A stretch of DNA of 64,000 bases, taken from the human T2T-CHM13v2.0 reference genome, Homo sapiens. Made by a program: the position numbers and the translations under genes. Location of the stretch: the NCBI RefSeq assembly GCF_009914755.1, contig NC_060928.1. The stretch is one strand, 5' to 3'. Within the stretch, counting starts at the first letter, position 1. The number at the start of each line of letters is the position of its first letter. Under the pieces are notes generated by a model. That model was not told the origin of the DNA, did no database searches, and saw nothing but the letters and a program-made list of their open reading frames with translations. Below, one piece after another: positions 60,141 to 64,000 of this stretch.

Positions 60141-61071
60141 AATAGGACAAAATATTCACAAACTATGCATCCAACAAAGGGTCTAATATCCAGAATCTAG
60201 AAGGAACTTAATTCAACAAGCAAAAGAAGACATGAACAGACACTTCTCAAAAGAAGACATGGAAGTGTCCAACAAATGTATGAAAAAATGCTCAACATCA
60301 CTAATCACCAGAGACATGCAAATCAAAAAACCACAATGAAATACCATCTCACACCAGTCAAAATAGCTATTACTAAGAAGTCAAAAAATAACAGATGCTG
60401 GTGAGACTGCAGAGAAAAGGGAATGTTTATACACTGTTGGTGGGAATGTCAATCAGTTCAGCCACTGTGGAAAACAATTTGGAGATTTCTGATAGGACTA
60501 GAAATTGAACTACCATTTGACCCAGCAATCTCATGACTGGGTATATTCTCAAAGAAAAGCAAATTATTCTACCAAAAAGACACATGTATTCATATGTTCA
60601 TCACAGCACTATTTACAATAGCAAAGAGATAGAGTCAACCTAGGTGTCCATCAATGGTGGACTGGATAAAGAAAATGTACATACATATACACCATAGAAT
60701 ACTGTGCAGACATGGAAAAGGACAAAATTATGTCCTTTGCAGAAACATGGATACAGCTGGAGGCCACTATCCTAAGTGAATTATTGTAGGAGCAGGAAAC
60801 TGAATAGTATATACTCTCACTTATAAGTAGGAGCTAAACACTGGGTACTCATGGACATAAAGATGGCAACAATAGACACTGGAGACTACTAGAGGGGGGA
60901 ATAAGAGAAAAGAGCAAGGGTCTGAAAAACTACCTATGGGTACCATGCTCACAAGCTGGGTCATGGGATTAATCATACTCTAAACCTCAGCGTTATGCAA
61001 TATACTCATGTAACAAAACTGCACATGTGCCCCCGAATCTAAAATAAAAGTGGAAATTATTTTTAAAAAAA
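60135..61071 (+). mobile_element. 5'-truncated L1PA15/16- or L1PB-like 3' end
   Basis: ggacataaagatggcaacaatagacactggagactactagagg...ctaaaataaaag. Confidence 0.85.
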
Positions 61072-62181
61072 GTCCAGCAGAAAAAGGTGAGTTATAGATG
61101 AAACAATTATATGCATCTGTATGATGCATATTTAAAAATTTTTCTTTACTATTGTGTAGTTTTGCAAATTTTAAATAAAAAGTAAAAAAAAAAAAAAAAT
61201 ACAGTGGTGCCACTCCCAACTACCAAAAAGGATTTCTTATAATAATCTTGAAATCTAGTCTTAGTGGAGAAAGAAAAAGAATTTCCAATTGTGTAGCTCC
61301 CATTAACATACCAAGAACCAGGTCTGGGAACTTAGGTTGTTGCATTTTTTCCCAGCTTTGAAATGGTACTGCCTCTAAGGATGATGGCTAGGCCATGAAG
61401 TTTGCTATTCTAGGGGAAAAGAGGGATTGGAAGAAAGAAGAAAGCCTGAATCTGTCTGTTCTGTCCCCAGGAGAATGATAAGGGGAGAGAGTAAGAAAGC
61501 AATGAGATACACATGTCTTGACTGCTTCTCTTCATGCTGAAATCCTGGGGGAAAGAAGTGCTAAATCAGTTGAGGACATGGGAACATTTATTCTGGTGAG
61601 TGGATGTTGAGGGCAGAGGGGTGTTTGCCCCATTCCTTTGGTGTGCTGAGTGTTAACCACTTTGCAGGGAGAGCTGTATGGGGCAGCCCCGACAGAATAA
61701 ATAGGTGGAACAATGTGAATGTGCAGAGACAGGGTGTCTTTCACACTCCTGAACATTCTTCTCCAAAATCTGTGACAGACAGTAAATTGTCTGACATGGG
61801 TCCTTACCAACCACGCTTCAGGAGCAGTACACATCTGAAGACAAGCACTAGTGTATACCTGCCACTTTCCACAGTGCCATGAGAGCACATGAGCCCTCGC
61901 CATCCATGTAGCTTCATGCCACTCAGCAAAAGTTTCTAAAGGTGGGAGTGACTTGAAAGTAGACATTTAAACAAAATAAAACAAAAAAGACTGAATTTTC
62001 GCACTCTTTTGAGAGTCTGAGAGAGAAAGATACCATAATTCAAAAATTAAAATTTTATCCCTTTTCCTGCTACTCAGTGGGGAGAGAATGTGTGACCAGT
62101 TATGGTAAACAAAAAGCTAAACTTTTATCATGCATCTGACAGTGGCGAGAATAAATTTTTAATGCCACCAAAGTAATATTC

Positions 62182-62571
62182 TGTCTTAATGCATTTGTGT
62201 TGCTGTAAAAGAAAACCTGAGGCTGGGTGATTTATAAAGCAAAAAGGTTTATTTGGTTCACGACTCTGCTGGCTGTAAGATTGGGCATCTGGTGAAAACC
62301 TCAGGCTGCTACCATTCATGGCAGAAGGTGAAGGGGAGAGATCACATGGTGAGAGAGAAAGCAAGGGGTGGGGAGGTGCCAAGCTGTTTTAAACAACCGA
62401 CTCTTGGGAACTAACAGAGGAAGAACTTACTCATTACTTCAAGAATGGCATCAAGGCATTCATAAGTGATCTACCCTCCTGACCCAAAACATCTCTCATC
62501 AGGCCTCACCTCCAACACAGGAGACCACATTTCAACAAAAGTTTTGGGGGAGAAAACATCGAACTGTAGCA
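62182..62571 (-). mobile_element. MaLR LTR (MST family)
   Basis: tgtcttaatgcatttgtgttgctgtaaaag...catggcagaaggtgaagggg...cctccaacac. Confidence 0.85.
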
Positions 62572-62716
62572 TATACATACTCGGCAATTATTCCAAATAA
62601 TACAAAATGATTTACCAAATAGGTAAGCCATTCTCTAATCCAGACCTCTGGGAGTTCATTCTAACTTCCCAGAAATTCTTATTCTTCCAAAATTGTTTAT
62701 GTTCAAGTATATTTAT

Positions 62717-63455
<739 letters not shown>

Positions 63456-63539
63456 AAATAATATTATACATAAATATATTTTTAAAAACCGAAAACGAAC
63501 AGAAGCATTCTATAGTACTATCTTCTATCTTATTTTCTC

Positions 63540-63835
63540 TTTTTTTTCCCTTTAAAAAAATGGTCTCACTCTGTTGCCCAGGCTGGAGTGCAGTGGTGTG
63601 ATCATAGCTCACTGCAGCCTCAACTCCTGGGCTCAGGCAATCCTCCTGCCTGAGTCTCCTGAGTAGCTGGGGCTACAGGTGCATGCTGCCATGCCCGACT
63701 AACTTTCTAATTTTTTTGTAGATATAGGGTCTGGCTATGTTGCCAGGACTGGTTTTGAACTCCTGGCCTCAAGCAATCTTCCTGCCTCAACCTCCTAAAC
63801 TTGTTGGATTACAGATATGAGCCACCGTGCCCAGC
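63540..63835 (-). mobile_element. AluJ
   Basis: gatcatagctcactgcagcctcaactcctgggctcagg. Confidence 0.9.
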
Positions 63836-64000
63836 TTGTTTTTGTTTGTCTGTTTTTTTTTTTTTTTTTTTACCATTAATTTCAATTACTAAGTAGATAG
63901 TTTTTAAAAATCAATAATAAGCTTTAACATCTTTTTCTGGATTTCTTTTTTATACGTATTCTACCTGGTATCTCCAGAAAGTTCTACACATTCCATTTAT

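Noticed and set aside
61532-61966. 144-aa minus-strand ORF in unique DNA
   Set aside because: No recognisable domain or supporting gene structure; length compatible with chance

Overview
Primate (human-like) intronic or intergenic DNA made mostly of nested retrotransposon fossils. I found no host protein-coding gene, RNA gene or CRISPR array. Positions 1-12520 are one old L1MA3-like LINE carrying an internally deleted L1PA, a MER4 ERV1 copy, Alus and a solo LTR27/28-type LTR. Positions 24.6-29.1 kb are a decayed ERVL provirus. Positions 30.3-42.5 kb are a MER21-type ERV1 element containing a 5'-complete L1PA4/5 (with a nested AluSp), a solo LTR12 and an Alu. The remainder is Alu, MIR, L2, MaLR and DNA-transposon remnants plus two repeat-poor stretches (about 18.3-24 kb and 52.5-60 kb) with candidate regulatory motifs and splice sites. 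The most notable signal is that both MER4-group ERV1 elements have the structure of viral RNA rather than proviral DNA. MER21 reads R-U5...U3-R plus an A-rich tail with a long target-site duplication (TSD); MER4 ends U3-R-poly(A). This suggests both were pasted by the L1 machinery as processed ERV pseudogenes. Subfamily names come from recalled consensus sequences, not a database search, and most boundaries are approximate.
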